DNA of 64,000 nucleotides. Source: an uncultured Bacillota bacterium. Its GTDB lineage: Bacteria; Bacillota; DTU025; MWDF01. Made by a program: the position numbers and the translations under genes. Positions 52,014 to 63,565 of this stretch are shown one piece after another. The notes beneath the pieces are model-generated. The model searched no databases, was not told where the DNA came from, and saw only the letters and a program-made list of their open reading frames with translations. Positions within the stretch are counted from its first letter, which is position 1, and each line of letters opens with the position of its first letter. The DNA is taken from positions 1-64,000 of the forward strand of contig CAWGMK010000012.1 of assembly GCA_963823655.1 (NCBI GenBank), in the 5' to 3' direction.

Positions 52014-53231
52014 ATGAGGGCCCTTAGGATAACCGCAGCACTGATATTGATTACACTTGTACTAATGTTGCCTCTTATTACAGATGCCACATCCGCTGCG
52101 AGCGTGAACGACATCATAGCCAACCCCAACCAGCCATACCAGGCTTCGATTTGGACCGATAAGAGCGATTACAATATCGGAGATAAGATCAGCATAGGTT
52201 TCAGGGTCACGAAACCCGCTTATACATATGTCTTCACGATTGATGTAGATGGCGCGGTCAGGATGATATTCCCCAACATATATTCCAAAGAAAACAAAAT
52301 AAAGGCAAATACGACGTATAAGCTGCCCGACAGCAGCAAGTACAGCCTTACTGCAGGGGGTCCCAACGGCACGGACCAGCTTGTGCTTATATCCACCCCC
52401 GGAAAACTGCCTGACACGGATTGGATGTTGAAGTCTCTTGGTGAGGACAACTTCGCCCCTCAGGTCAATATTGGAGTTACGGCCGATGTGTTCATGTTAG
52501 AAATGAAGTCGGATACAATAAGCTCTGCCTTCAAGAACAGCTGGTCAAGCTCGTATATGTCGTACACTGTGGGCGGAATAAGCTCTATAGAGGCGCCGAT
52601 TTCGGCAAAAGCTCCTCAAATCCCGCTTCCGGTTCAGAAGTCCGGAAAGATTTTCTTCTCCTCGGATCCTAGCGGGGCAAGGCTTTTTGTTAACGGAGTG
52701 GACAGCGGGATAACGCCCGTGAGCATTTCAAATCTCGATTACGGCCTATATGAAGTGAACATGATGCTGATGGACTACTACACGTATTCGGGTGTAGTGG
52801 CCGTAAAAGATAGCAACCCGCTTATTGTCAATGCATTGCTCGACAGGATTGAAGGCGCTTCCCGGGCCAACCTGACGGGTTTGCTCGTTTATAAGCAGAT
52901 AATTATAAGCTACCCTGATAGAGACAATTTCAAAGAAGAATTCGCGGCGGGCGGATCAAGTGGGACCGTAACCTTGAAAAGCGCTTCTTTGCTTGGCATG
53001 CTTACAAAGATTACCGCTACTGCCGTCATAGATGAGAATACCGCAGTCATAGGCACGATCACTGCAACCGGGGAGAATGCCGCCGATTTCGGCAGAATTC
53101 TGGAATTCGACTTAAATCCGTTCAAAGTAAGGGTAACGGTACTTGACTACAGTACAATCAAAGGGTCGCTTACGGGCACCATCTACTTGGATACCGTTCG
53201 TCTGTTGCTGGAAGTGCTTTATGCGGGGTAA
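52014..53231 (+). CDS. secreted DUF4384 plus PEGA domain protein
   Basis: WTDKSDYNIGD..MIFPN; SSDPSGARLFVNG...GITP. Confidence 0.8.
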   Translation: MRALRITAALILITLVLMLPLITDATSAASVNDIIANPNQPYQASIWTDKSDYNIGDKISIGFRVTKPAYTYVFTIDVDGAVRMIFPNIYSKENKIKANTTYKLPDSSKYSLTAGGPNGTDQLVLISTPGKLPDTDWMLKSLGEDNFAPQVNIGVTADVFMLEMKSDTISSAFKNSWSSSYMSYTVGGISSIEAPISAKAPQIPLPVQKSGKIFFSSDPSGARLFVNGVDSGITPVSISNLDYGLYEVNMMLMDYYTYSGVVAVKDSNPLIVNALLDRIEGASRANLTGLLVYKQIIISYPDRDNFKEEFAAGGSSGTVTLKSASLLGMLTKITATAVIDENTAVIGTITATGENAADFGRILEFDLNPFKVRVTVLDYSTIKGSLTGTIYLDTVRLLLEVLYAG

Positions 53232-53387
53232 AAAGCATCAACACTGCCCTCACGTATCGCATATCGAAGGCTCTTTGGGCTTCCTTGCCGATCAAGAATC
53301 TGATTAAAGCAGGCTTATTCATTGATTTGTAGAATATAGCATCGATGGAATCCGTTGCTGTAAGCATCTTAATGGGAGGGATTGCAA

Positions 53388-53894
53388 ATGAATGAGACGC
53401 AGGTAAAAGAGGGCGAACCCGGCAAGAGGCAGAACCTTCTAAAGAACCTGTTAGATGCCCTGCTTGTTGCGGTCCTCGGTTTCCTCCTGCTGAATTTAGC
53501 TTTCGTGGTATATGCGGGCGCCTACAACCTGGCCTTCAGGGCAATGAGGCTGGGTGCTGGGGAAGGAATGGACTTTGCAAATGCAGCCCCGCCTCAGATT
53601 CTAAGAATTGTCCTCGCCGTGCTTATAATACTGCTCTCGTGGTTTGTGCTCAGATCCAAGCTTAATGTAATCCTGAAGGCCGCCTTTTTGATGGTTCCCG
53701 TGGCAACTGCCCTGGTGACAATAGGAATTTACTTATATGAGACACCCGTGCTTACCTATTTGCTTGGAGGGCTTATATGCGCCGGCCTGTTGTTTTGGCT
53801 TTTCAAGAACAAATGGCACTGGCTATATATGTATTCGGTATTGCTGGTAGCTGGCGCTTTAACGCTTATGGGCATAATGGGAATTGACATTTAG
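53388..53894 (+). CDS. membrane protein
   Basis: About 5 hydrophobic segments; GGGAGG RBS. Confidence 0.7.
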   Translation: MNETQVKEGEPGKRQNLLKNLLDALLVAVLGFLLLNLAFVVYAGAYNLAFRAMRLGAGEGMDFANAAPPQILRIVLAVLIILLSWFVLRSKLNVILKAAFLMVPVATALVTIGIYLYETPVLTYLLGGLICAGLLFWLFKNKWHWLYMYSVLLVAGALTLMGIMGIDI

Positions 53895-54063
53895 CCATAA
53901 CGACAGCAAAAAAGGTGCTGCAGTACGGCGAAAGAGCCGAGCCTTTGGAGGCTAGATGCGCGAGAAGTGACACATGGAATTGATGTTTCAATATGGGAAT
54001 ATGAGAACGGACCAGGATTTCCCGGTCCGTTCTTAATTGGTAGCCGCTCTATGTTTTCCTAGT

Positions 54064-54705
54064 TTACGGAACCATGTTACCTGATTCGTATTTGACAACT
54101 ACCTTCTGGAGATACAGGCCTTTCCACTGGTCTTGCTCATCGTCATATGCCGAGAACAGCGGCCTATAGTAGTCTATCTGGTTTTCGGGCGCAATTGTGA
54201 AGCTGGTTAGCTCCTCATCGTTGAGATACAGGGTGATGACATCGCCGACCTTCTCATAAACGGCCTTGTTATTGCCATCGATATTCAAATGGGGAAGCAT
54301 CCCGGGCAGATTTCCCACGCCGCTCTGGCCGAACCAATGAATAGAGTCCGCGATGCTTGTTTGTTGCATTCCCATGCCAATCCAGATGCCATAGCCCCAA
54401 TCGCTGGAGTCTACCAAATAGAAATCCAGCCACTGCAGATAATTGGTGTCTGCAGTGTTGATGAAAAAGTAAACTTCCATAGTGAAGTCTCCGCCAAACT
54501 TGAACGGGCAAGTGATCGCATTTCCGTCCAGGTAGGCGCCCTCATCCTCAAACAGGAGAGGTTCACCATACTCAAGCCAGGTCCCCTGGTAGTTCGATAA
54601 CGACTGCTCCCTTTCGAAGTTGAAAATGTAGCTCTTGGCGCACCCTGCCAGCGAAAATGCCAAGACGGCTACGAGCGCGATAAGAACAAGCCTTCTGCCT
54701 ATCAT
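54064..54705 (-). CDS. lipoprotein of unknown function
   Basis: Lipobox LAGC; AAGGAGG RBS. Confidence 0.75.
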   Translation of the reverse strand: MIGRRLVLIALVAVLAFSLAGCAKSYIFNFEREQSLSNYQGTWLEYGEPLLFEDEGAYLDGNAITCPFKFGGDFTMEVYFFINTADTNYLQWLDFYLVDSSDWGYGIWIGMGMQQTSIADSIHWFGQSGVGNLPGMLPHLNIDGNNKAVYEKVGDVITLYLNDEELTSFTIAPENQIDYYRPLFSAYDDEQDQWKGLYLQKVVVKYESGNMVP

Positions 54706-55024
54706 AAGGCACCTCCTTTAGAAATTTCAAATTCTGTGCTAATGAGACTGAGAATATTCGAATTACAGCATTGTTATTAGATTACGAGACTTGTACACTG
54801 ATTCCTTCACAAAGGGTAACAAATCGTGCTTAGCAGGATGCCCAAAACAACCGGAGCATTCCCGGCGCGCCCAAGAAGGGCCGGCGCAAGACAATCCGAG
54901 AAATACCGGACTGCTTAGGGGTTAGGAAGATTGAGTATTCGCTCACTTAAGTTAGCTTGTGAGGTTGACTTATGTTGGAGGGGAATTCCCACTAATCATA
55001 AAACTGTGCAAACAGGCTATATTC

Positions 55025-55333
55025 TCACCTTAGCCTGGATTCCCAAAGGTGCCTTAACGCCATCAGCGGATTGACGAACAGCATGCGAGGCCCTGAGTAG
55101 CGCATCACTCTGCGCACAGCCTGCCGCATATCATTCCTGTAGCAGTGCACAGGGCATTTCGAACAGAAGGGTTTGGACTCCTTGAACTTGCATGCCCCCA
55201 GACGTGCATGCGAATAGGCGATCAGCTCCGAGCACTCGCCACATATTGGGTCCTTATGCCTCTTTCCCCTGCAATACATGCTTATCATGGTCTCGATGAC
55301 CATCTTTTCGCGATCTATCCTGCCAGTGCTCAT
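55025..55333 (-). CDS. nitrous oxide-stimulated promoter (YgbA) family protein
   Basis: C.EC.EL..Y...RL..C....KPFCSKCPVHCY..MRYSGPRML. Confidence 0.9.
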   Translation of the reverse strand: MSTGRIDREKMVIETMISMYCRGKRHKDPICGECSELIAYSHARLGACKFKESKPFCSKCPVHCYRNDMRQAVRRVMRYSGPRMLFVNPLMALRHLWESRLR

Positions 55334-55505
55334 GATAATTCAATCACCCTTGAGGATTATAAAGTCGCGGGCATATGAGTTCAAGTCGGATATTGCCGCT
55401 GCGGATCTAGGGTGAAAGCGCTGCCCCCCTATACAAAGAGGGATTTGCTAAGATATGTGCAATATCTATGTAATGAACAGTTTGATGAAACGGGAGGTGG
55501 AAATT

Positions 55506-56100
55506 GTGTCGCCATACCGCAAACTGATATTAATCGTCCTGGTTTCCTTGGTGATAGTGCTTTCAGGCTGCGAGCCGAAGGTTTACTACTTCAATTTCGC
55601 AGATAAGCAGTCCTTAACCAATGAAGAGGGGTCATGGTTTGTTGATACTCCCGGTGGCCATGAGTTCACGATTCACGGCCTGCTGATGAACGGGACGCTT
55701 CTTTGCGCTCCGCACAAATACAGCGGCGATTTTACGATTATCCTGGAGTTCATCGTTGACGTATCCTCAGATCCGGGGCAAGGCGCGCCAACGATTGCGT
55801 TGTATCTAACGCCGGATCGCAGCCTGTCGCCTGGTGAAAGCGATAACCAGATTTTCGTGGGATTTTCGAGTCAATCAACGACTTACACAATATGGGAATA
55901 ATCGAAGAAGGCCCGGAAGGGGAGGACTCCATGATATTGGAGCATAGCATTCCCGGTCTTGGATACTTCGGGCAGCAATATGCTAAAGATCACGAAAACC
56001 GGCAACGAGCTTGATTTCGACCTCAACGGGACAACGCTATGGAACCACGCAATAGAGTATTACGAGAGCAAATGGTTCTGCCCATTCATTCACGCGCTGA
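55506..56100 (+). pseudogene. lipoprotein paralogous to 54064-54705, frameshifted
   Basis: LSGC..Y.FNF...QSL.N..G.W and C.P.K..GDFT shared; frame breaks after about 55890. Confidence 0.6.
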
Positions 56101-56283
56101 CACCTACTGAAACTCGTGGATCGTAAGCATGCGAGTCGAATACAAGGGAATGAGCAGCGCGAACTAGGGATTGATGGGATAGAAGAAGCAGAATCGAAAG
56201 GCTTATTGCGAAATAATGGCTCGCCTCTAAGCACCAAATTGCTTAATGGCGGGCCTTTTATATGGCACTTTCACGTGCTCATG

Positions 56284-58073
56284 TCAAAGACCGGGGCTTG
56301 TCGCAAGCAAAGGATCTCCCTTGAGAATCCTATCGACCTCCTCGTACCCTTCCGGGAATGCGAAATTGTAGCGGGCGGGCAGGGCGAATACGAACTTCGA
56401 ATTGCGGCCCAGCTCACTAGGTCCAATCGGGGCTGCCCCTATATGGAAGAGCTCTTTTTGCAAATCATCCCAATCAGCAAGGCTTAACACCATAATCGGT
56501 ATATCCTGCCTGGGTTTTTCTTCCTTCCACTGGGGATGCCTTATATTGATGATCGGCCCGCTTCTTTCCCCGGCAACATCCGAAGCTGACATGTTGGTTC
56601 CATGCCACTCGCCAAGGACGATCGAATAGCCCTTCCAGCCCTCCGGCAAATTGAAGCTGAAGCCGTAATGCGGGTTTTCGTATGTTACGGAATATGTAAA
56701 GCTTACATGCCCGTTGCCTGCAATTTGCCCTGGCCTGCCGCTGCCGGAAATAGTAATTGCCGCTGCATTGTCGACCCTTGCAACTTCAGAGTATCTGTTC
56801 AGGAATAGGTCGGTGCCGCCTGCCTCTGCCATAACCTCAACGGACGTGATTTTCGAGCTTTTGCCGGCCGAAATTGCCGTATCCTGCGCCTGAGTCCGGA
56901 TTGTGGCAACCGTGCCCTCTACCTCGATGACAGAGCCTGCAGCCCTCTCATATAGCGTAATGTTGCCGACTTCCGCGCCTTTGCCGATGAATATCTCGGC
57001 CTTTCCTACAACCAGGATCTCTGCCACTATGCCGTTAACTTCAAGGTACGAGCCATCTTCCGCGCAGGCATTTGAAAATCTTCCTTCCAGATAAGCATTT
57101 GGTCTTCACGTCCACGCTCAAAGGCCCAGCGCCGCTTGAGATTATCTGCACAGCTCCCCCGACGCCCTGAACCGATATTCTGCCGTTGACTTCTGAGCCA
57201 TTAATTAGTCTTACTACAGCCCCCGCTCCGCCCCTTATAACCAGGTTTCCGGATACTACCGAGTTATCCAGCGTAAGCTCTCCGCCGGTTATCCCTTCTG
57301 CGGCGATCAGGCTGCCGTCCATCACCATGTCTTTGAAGCGTTACTCCGCCAGCCCTGACGATCGAAACGCCATTCGCCGTGCCATCAGGCTGCTTCACAT
57401 TCCCTGAAAACTCTCCGGCGGCAGAATAGAATGCCAGAACCGCACGGTCTATGATGGCGACTACCTGCGCCCTGGTCGCAAGGGCCTTCGGCGCAAAACT
57501 GCTTGCCCCTGCGTCTTCCAAGTATCCATCTGCCTCCATGCCGAATATCATAAGCTGATTATTTAAATCAATCTGGCCGGCGTTCTTCATCGAAGTTTCG
57601 TTGCCGGCATTCTCCTCTACTCCAAGTGCTTTTGCCAGCATAACTGCAGCCTGCTCCCATGTCAGGGTATCCCCCGGCATGATTCCGCCAAAGCCTGCGC
57701 CATCAAGCAATCCTGATAATCGGGCTGCCTTAAATGCCTGCTCATACCATGGCCCGGTGCCTGCTTTTAAACCGGGCGTTCCTGATAGTGCCGTGAACCC
57801 CAGGAGATTGTCCAGCAGCACAACCATCTCCGCCATGGTGATGGGATCATCAGGCCTGAAGCCCCTTGAATCGCCATGAATGATGCCCAAATCCGCCCAT
57901 CTGGCTATGGCTGCGGATGCCCAATGCCCCTGCGCGTCGGGAAATATCACAGTGCCTGTCCCGGCGAGGGCAGAGGGGCCTATTTGTCCCATCGGAAACA
58001 GCAAAGCCGCAATAACTGCGGCAAACAAGAAGCGCCGCGCAACGGATGCTCTTAATTTCCCTTTTGGAGACAT
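56284..58073 (-). pseudogene. SLH-domain surface protein split by two frameshifts
   Basis: FPDAQGHWA..IHG...FRPDDPIT SLH repeats; ORFs 58073-57264, 57328-57041 and 57027-56284 are contiguous. Confidence 0.75.
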
Positions 58074-58314
58074 TTGCTTTCCTCCATCCCGTCGGGCTAC
58101 TACCTAATAGAACGATATTTGACCTGCCATTAATCTTCAGACAGTGGAAGCTTTCAATTAATAGGGCAAAATACCTACTGCTTTTTATGCGTTTTAGTTA
58201 TTTAGATGTCCCAAGCGCGCCAGTGTGCGGGAAATCGCCGCTGTCCCAATGTAGACTATAATTATGTAAGAGTAATTAATCAGGCTCAAGCACATGGGTA
58301 AGGAGGTATGAAAG

Positions 58315-59253
58315 ATGAGGATAAAGATCCTTATAGCAGTATTGGTGATAATAGCCGCTTTCTTCCTTATCTATGCAAATTTCGACCTGGATCCGGTGGA
58401 CATCAGGATAGAGTCCTCAACCACTGAAGTCATGGTCGGCGAGAGGCTGAGGCTGAAAAACGAGCTTGTGGACGCCAAGGGGAGGGCGAAGCCTTCGAGC
58501 AACGTCAAATGGGAGGTCATTGATGGGGAGGGCACTCTATCCCGCCAGGCCGGCTCATCATCCGATATAACCCCGTCAAGGCCGGGCAAGATGGTTGTGC
58601 AGTGCACATATGGAGAGCTTGCCGCTCAAATAGAGCTTAATGTGGGCTACGTTCCCCAGCTGAGCTGGATAGACGTGCAGCCTGAAACCCTGGTCCTGAT
58701 GGAGGGCCAGCAGATGGAATTTACTGCAGTGGGCCGGGACCAGTTCGATTTCGCCTTGCCTGTGGAGCCCGGCTGGAGCATACAGGAAGACGGCGCTTCT
58801 TTGCAGCCAATAGAGGGGGGAAAGGTCATTTTCGAGGCCGTTACCTACGGAATGTACACTCTGGAGGCCACAGTCGGCACACTTAAGGGAGCGGCATCCG
58901 TTGTGGTAGGTTACAGCCCGGAGCTGACTTCCATAGTCGTGACACCTCAAACCAGCGAGCTGCAAGTCGGCGAAAAGGTTCAATTCGAAGCGGCCCTGTT
59001 CGACCAGCACGGCAAGCCGATGTTCAGGATACCTCAATGGCAGCTGGCAGACTCAAGAGGCAGCATCCTGGACACAGAGGGCGCGAAGGTAACCATACAG
59101 GCGAATTCTCCCGGCACGATAGAAGTGTATGCAATGTCAGGAAGCATAGTGGGGACTGCGTCGATTCACATCAGCATGACAAATATACCGTTCATCGACG
59201 AGACCATCGGCTTCTTCTATAAGCTGTTCAACGGGACAGGAAAGAAGAAGTAA
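58315..59253 (+). CDS. Ig-like (Big_2-type) repeat protein
   Basis: N-terminal TM; repeats L.SI.V.P....L.VG....F.A...DQ. Confidence 0.7.
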   Translation: MRIKILIAVLVIIAAFFLIYANFDLDPVDIRIESSTTEVMVGERLRLKNELVDAKGRAKPSSNVKWEVIDGEGTLSRQAGSSSDITPSRPGKMVVQCTYGELAAQIELNVGYVPQLSWIDVQPETLVLMEGQQMEFTAVGRDQFDFALPVEPGWSIQEDGASLQPIEGGKVIFEAVTYGMYTLEATVGTLKGAASVVVGYSPELTSIVVTPQTSELQVGEKVQFEAALFDQHGKPMFRIPQWQLADSRGSILDTEGAKVTIQANSPGTIEVYAMSGSIVGTASIHISMTNIPFIDETIGFFYKLFNGTGKKK

Positions 59254-59310
59254 TGGATTGGCAGCACCTATTTGTAAATGGATACAATTAGCGATTTAGG
59301 AGGCAATAAG

Positions 59311-59823
59311 ATGCCAAGGCGAATGCTTTTCACGCTCCTTGCAGTCATTGTGGTGGCCGTATTCCTGGGCACAGGTTTTGCACAGGCCAATGACGTGGCT
59401 GCCCCCAAGGGTTTTGAACGGAGGACGCCCGGGGAGATACTGGCCGAAGTCTCGGGCAAGAAACAGGAGAAGGTGGACAGGCTCATCTCTGAGCTCGGGC
59501 TTTTCGAGGCGGCAAAGAAACTGGGAGTCGTAAAGCCATTTATAAGGGCGCTTGTGAAATACAAGATGGCAGCTGTTGACTACAAGGTAGAGCTGGGAAA
59601 GATCACGGAGAAAGAGGCAAAAGCGCAGAAGAAGGCCATAATTGGGAAGGTCGCTGATTTTATCAGTACGCGGTTGGCGAGGGCCTTGTTCGGCAATGGG
59701 GAGGAGCCGCAGCCCGTCGACAGCCAGTTGCCTGATGATATGCCCATAGACACTTTATGGTTCATAGATTACGATGAATATTATCACTGGCAGCACAACG
59801 ACGACGGCACCATCTGCAAGTAG
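59311..59823 (+). CDS. secreted hypothetical protein
   Basis: AGGAGG RBS; signal peptide ending AQA. Confidence 0.6.
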   Translation: MPRRMLFTLLAVIVVAVFLGTGFAQANDVAAPKGFERRTPGEILAEVSGKKQEKVDRLISELGLFEAAKKLGVVKPFIRALVKYKMAAVDYKVELGKITEKEAKAQKKAIIGKVADFISTRLARALFGNGEEPQPVDSQLPDDMPIDTLWFIDYDEYYHWQHNDDGTICK

Positions 59824-59908
59824 GCTGCAGGAATTCGGAATTTCGAGCCTTCCGCATCGCTTGGCTGCCCGGTGAATTTGGGAGATATCCCGAAAGAATG
59901 GGGGATAT

Positions 59909-60826
59909 ATGATGAGTTCAGCGGAACGCGGCAGCAAGTCAGCTGCATCGGGCAGTTCCTGGAGGACAGATCGCGCAATCGGGTTAGCCGTTATATTTCT
60001 CAGCTATGTGGCCGCAATCGCGGTCGGCCTGGCCGTCTTCCAGCGTTTGGCCTTAGACCTCTGGCTTTCCGTCCTGCTGGCCGACATAGCGGCTACGCTG
60101 GTCATCTGGGTTTCCAGCATCATTTTCGACAATGCAACTGTGTATGATCCTTACTGGAGCGTGCAGCCCATAGTAATACTCGGCTTGCTGCTGTTTAAGG
60201 TCGGGCTATTCGATACATCCTCGGTGCTGCTCTTCCTTGTGGTTTGCATCTGGGGCGTCCGCCTTACCGCGAACTGGATATTTACTTTCAGCGGGCTCAA
60301 CAGGCAGGATTGGCGATATGACATGATAAAGAGCAAAACGGGCAAGCTATTCCCCCTCGCCAGCCTCTTCGGAATTCAGTTACTGCCTACTCTGATCGTC
60401 TATTTCTGCATATTGCCTGCTATCGTGTTCATATCAGAGAGCGATGCCTTCAACTACATTACGATTATCGGGCTTCTGGTCAGCCTTGCGGGCCTTATAT
60501 TGGAGGCAGTTGCAGACCATCAGATGCACGCGTTCAAAAAGGTTAACCGCGACAGGGCTATGATAATCAGGGAAGGGCTGTGGCGCCACTCGCGCCACCC
60601 CAACTACCTTGGCGAGCTTATGATGTGGTGGGGCGTATTCATAGTATTGCTTTCGGCCCGCCCCGACGGCTGGCCCTTAGGCCTGGGAGCATTGCTGAAC
60701 ACCGCCCTTTTCCTATTCATCAGCATCCCTATGGCGGAGGGCAATATGGCCCGCTACAAGACGGGTTTCGCCGACTATAGAAGGCAGACGAGGATGCTCC
60801 TGCCGCTGCCTAAGAAGGTGGAATAA
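59909..60826 (+). CDS. DUF1295 (steroid 5-alpha-reductase-like) membrane protein
   Basis: YDPYWS, WGVRL, QDWRY, GLWRHSRHPNYLGE..WWG. Confidence 0.9.
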   Translation: MMSSAERGSKSAASGSSWRTDRAIGLAVIFLSYVAAIAVGLAVFQRLALDLWLSVLLADIAATLVIWVSSIIFDNATVYDPYWSVQPIVILGLLLFKVGLFDTSSVLLFLVVCIWGVRLTANWIFTFSGLNRQDWRYDMIKSKTGKLFPLASLFGIQLLPTLIVYFCILPAIVFISESDAFNYITIIGLLVSLAGLILEAVADHQMHAFKKVNRDRAMIIREGLWRHSRHPNYLGELMMWWGVFIVLLSARPDGWPLGLGALLNTALFLFISIPMAEGNMARYKTGFADYRRQTRMLLPLPKKVE

Positions 60827-60949
60827 GCCAAGAGACGATCATATTTCCAAATAAAGCCCGGATTGTCCTAAGTAATTAAGAGCAGCACGGCTTCAATGGC
60901 CGTGCTGCTCTCTACTTGGTTGGCTATCGAAATCTTTACTTGAGCAAAC

Positions 60950-61742
60950 CTAAGCTAACCTTGCCTTGGCTACAATTCCGGAAGCACCGAATTCTCCTCC
61001 GGCGTCGCGGACATAGATGATTTCGTTCATGTAACATTCGACCGCATCGGGGGTGCCATCATGGTCGAAATCTAGCGGCACATTCAGATTGTCAGCGTCA
61101 TCCAGATAGAAGGCATTGACTATGGTCCTGCCGGAATTGGCCACAAATATCGCGCCTTCTCCGGCCCCGGGGGGGTTCGCGCTCGTAAATGCCCCTCTCA
61201 CAGTCCCGCCTGCCACTGCGTCACCCTTGAAGGCGTTCGTTACCCTGAGGGTAGGGTCATCGGCCTGGTTGAAAGGTATGCTAGACGGCATGTCGCAAGG
61301 CTTGCTCCAGAGGTCATCGGCAGAGCCAATTGGCCAGACTACTATCGGCTCGTTCACAGACTCCGAGTACTCATAACCCAGAACCGCCCAAAAGCTTGCA
61401 TGCGTATTAAGATGCTGGGTCGTGATGATCAGCCTTCCCCCTTTTTCGACGAAATCCTGCATATATCCATAGGCGTGGTCGCTTGGGAAAACCGCCTCGA
61501 AACAATCGACTATGACAAGATCCCAAGCCTGGGAGTGTATTGCGTCGGTGAAGTCCGAACCAGTGACCACCCTTGTATAGGCAAAATGCAGCCTGTCTAG
61601 GGCCTCGCCTGCGAAATTGTGGAAAGTGTCGTCAAGATAGAGGATAGCCATCCTTTTTGCGCAACCTGGCTGCATAAGGACCATGATCATAAGCACTGAG
61701 ACAAGTGCTGCAATTCTCAGAACCAAAGAAATCTTGCGCATA
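60950..61742 (-). CDS. putative lipoprotein
   Basis: GGGAGG RBS before MRKISLV; hydrophobic stretch then PGC. Confidence 0.55.
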
Positions 61743-61956
61743 ATCATCGCCTCCCGACAATATCTATACACCCCATATATTTGACTTTTGTGAAGAATCA
61801 CCTTCATCAATTCATCGATAATGCAATTCAAGTCCTTCTTTGGCAACGCGCGTTTAAGTGATACCAAGCACAATAATGTAGTACCTTTCTTATTGTCGTA
61901 TAATCTAGCTATCAACCTACCTTGATGTTTGATGCCAATCGTAAAGGGGTGATAAC

Positions 61957-63028
61957 ATGCGAAGATATATTCCTCTAGCCATAATATTGATGCTTCTTAT
62001 GCCAATCGGGCGCCGCCGCAAGCAGCTACAGGGCCGAATGGGCCCTTAGGACCGAAGGGGCAAGGGACCTCATCGCCCTTCCGGGCGGCTTTATTGCGTT
62101 TAGCATGGGCGAGAAGGTAGTGAAAGCCGACAGCAAGGGGCACATAACCTGGGAATGGGCCGCCGGCGAGCCAGCAAGCCACATCGCGGCAGATGAAGAT
62201 GGCTTCCTGTATGTCGCATCAGGCACATTCGTAACCAAGCTTGGCATGGACGGCTCTGAGCTCTGGAGCTTTGATGCCACAGGCAGCGTGTTCTCCCTTC
62301 AAGTGATTGAGGGCTCAGTCTTCGTCGGATGGGAGTATGGCCTTTTCACATTGGCTAAGGACGGGAAATTCATCTGGGACTACTACAGGCCGGAGGACTG
62401 CTGATTCCCCACGCTGACGGGGCCGGTCTGGTCCCTCGATTACCTGGGAAACGGCAGATGCATATTGGTCGGCGTCGTAGTTTACGACATAATCTTCAGA
62501 AACCCTGACGAGTCATTGGACTACATCAATCTGATAGACGTGAAGGACGGGAACACAACAAGCCAGTTCAAGGCCATAGAACCCTTCAAGATCAGGGATG
62601 TTGTGGTGCTTGATAAAGATCGTGCTTTGATCGCCGCAGATTACGCCGGAATTGTACTGTGGAATACCAAAGATAAATTCGTCTATGACTGGAAGTTCGT
62701 CATCCCTCCGCCAAGGCACATATGCCCCGGTTTGAACTCGAAGGCGCTTGTTATAGGGAAAGACGGCTTCACAATTATCTCCATTGACACCAAAACCGGT
62801 TCAGCTATTGCTTATGCCGATGCCCCGGCGGAGGTCATCGGAAAGCCGGTCTTGTTTGGCTCCGACTACATCGTGCCTATCAACGGAGGGCTGTTGGTGC
62901 TGGACGCCGATCTAAATGTAAAGTCCAGGCTATTCATGCCTGAAGTGTCGGGCATCTGCAACGCTTGCCATCTCAGAAGGCTCGGTTGTTGTTGCCTCGG
63001 ACAAGATCGTCATCAAGATCATGATTAA
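61957..63028 (+). pseudogene. PQQ/BamB-like beta-propeller protein, frameshifted
   Basis: G...W repeats (DGSELWSFD, DGKFIWDY) spread over several frames; AGGGGTG RBS. Confidence 0.55.
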
Positions 63029-63047
63029 TCCCTAATAGAGGTGGATT

Positions 63048-63497
63048 ATGAAATACGAGTGGTTGGACAGGTACTGCCTTTCCAAGAAGGGCGCACAGAA
63101 GGACTACAAGCTTGAGTGGGACGCGACCCGCTACATGCTGTTGGGCAAGATGTTCGCAATGAAGGGCGGCGACAAGGAAGGCAGGCCCATTATATCGATC
63201 AAGCTGGCGCCCATGCACGGTGAGATACTAAGGGGCGAATACAATGACATAATCCCTGGATACTACATGAATAAGGTGCATTGGAACTCCGTATACCTGG
63301 AGGGCGAAGTACCGGATGAAGTCCTCAAGGGCATGCTAGATGAATCTTATACACTCATCTTCGAAGCCCTGAGCAAGAAGGCGCAAGCCGAGATTCTTAA
63401 GCCTAGAATAGGCATCTGGCTTCATAAGCCTGGAATTAGCCTTGAGGCCGTGAAGAAGGCCTCTGAGAAAATTATGCCGCGCGATATGTCGGATTGA
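63048..63497 (+). CDS. MmcQ/YjbR family DNA-binding protein
   Basis: YCLSKKGA, GKMFA, PGYYMNKVHWNSV. Confidence 0.9.
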   Translation: MKYEWLDRYCLSKKGAQKDYKLEWDATRYMLLGKMFAMKGGDKEGRPIISIKLAPMHGEILRGEYNDIIPGYYMNKVHWNSVYLEGEVPDEVLKGMLDESYTLIFEALSKKAQAEILKPRIGIWLHKPGISLEAVKKASEKIMPRDMSD

Positions 63498-63565
63498 CGG
63501 CCATTTGGGCGGTTGCGTCCCGAATGCCCCCGCAGCCTATTTTAAATACGCATGAAGAGGTACTG

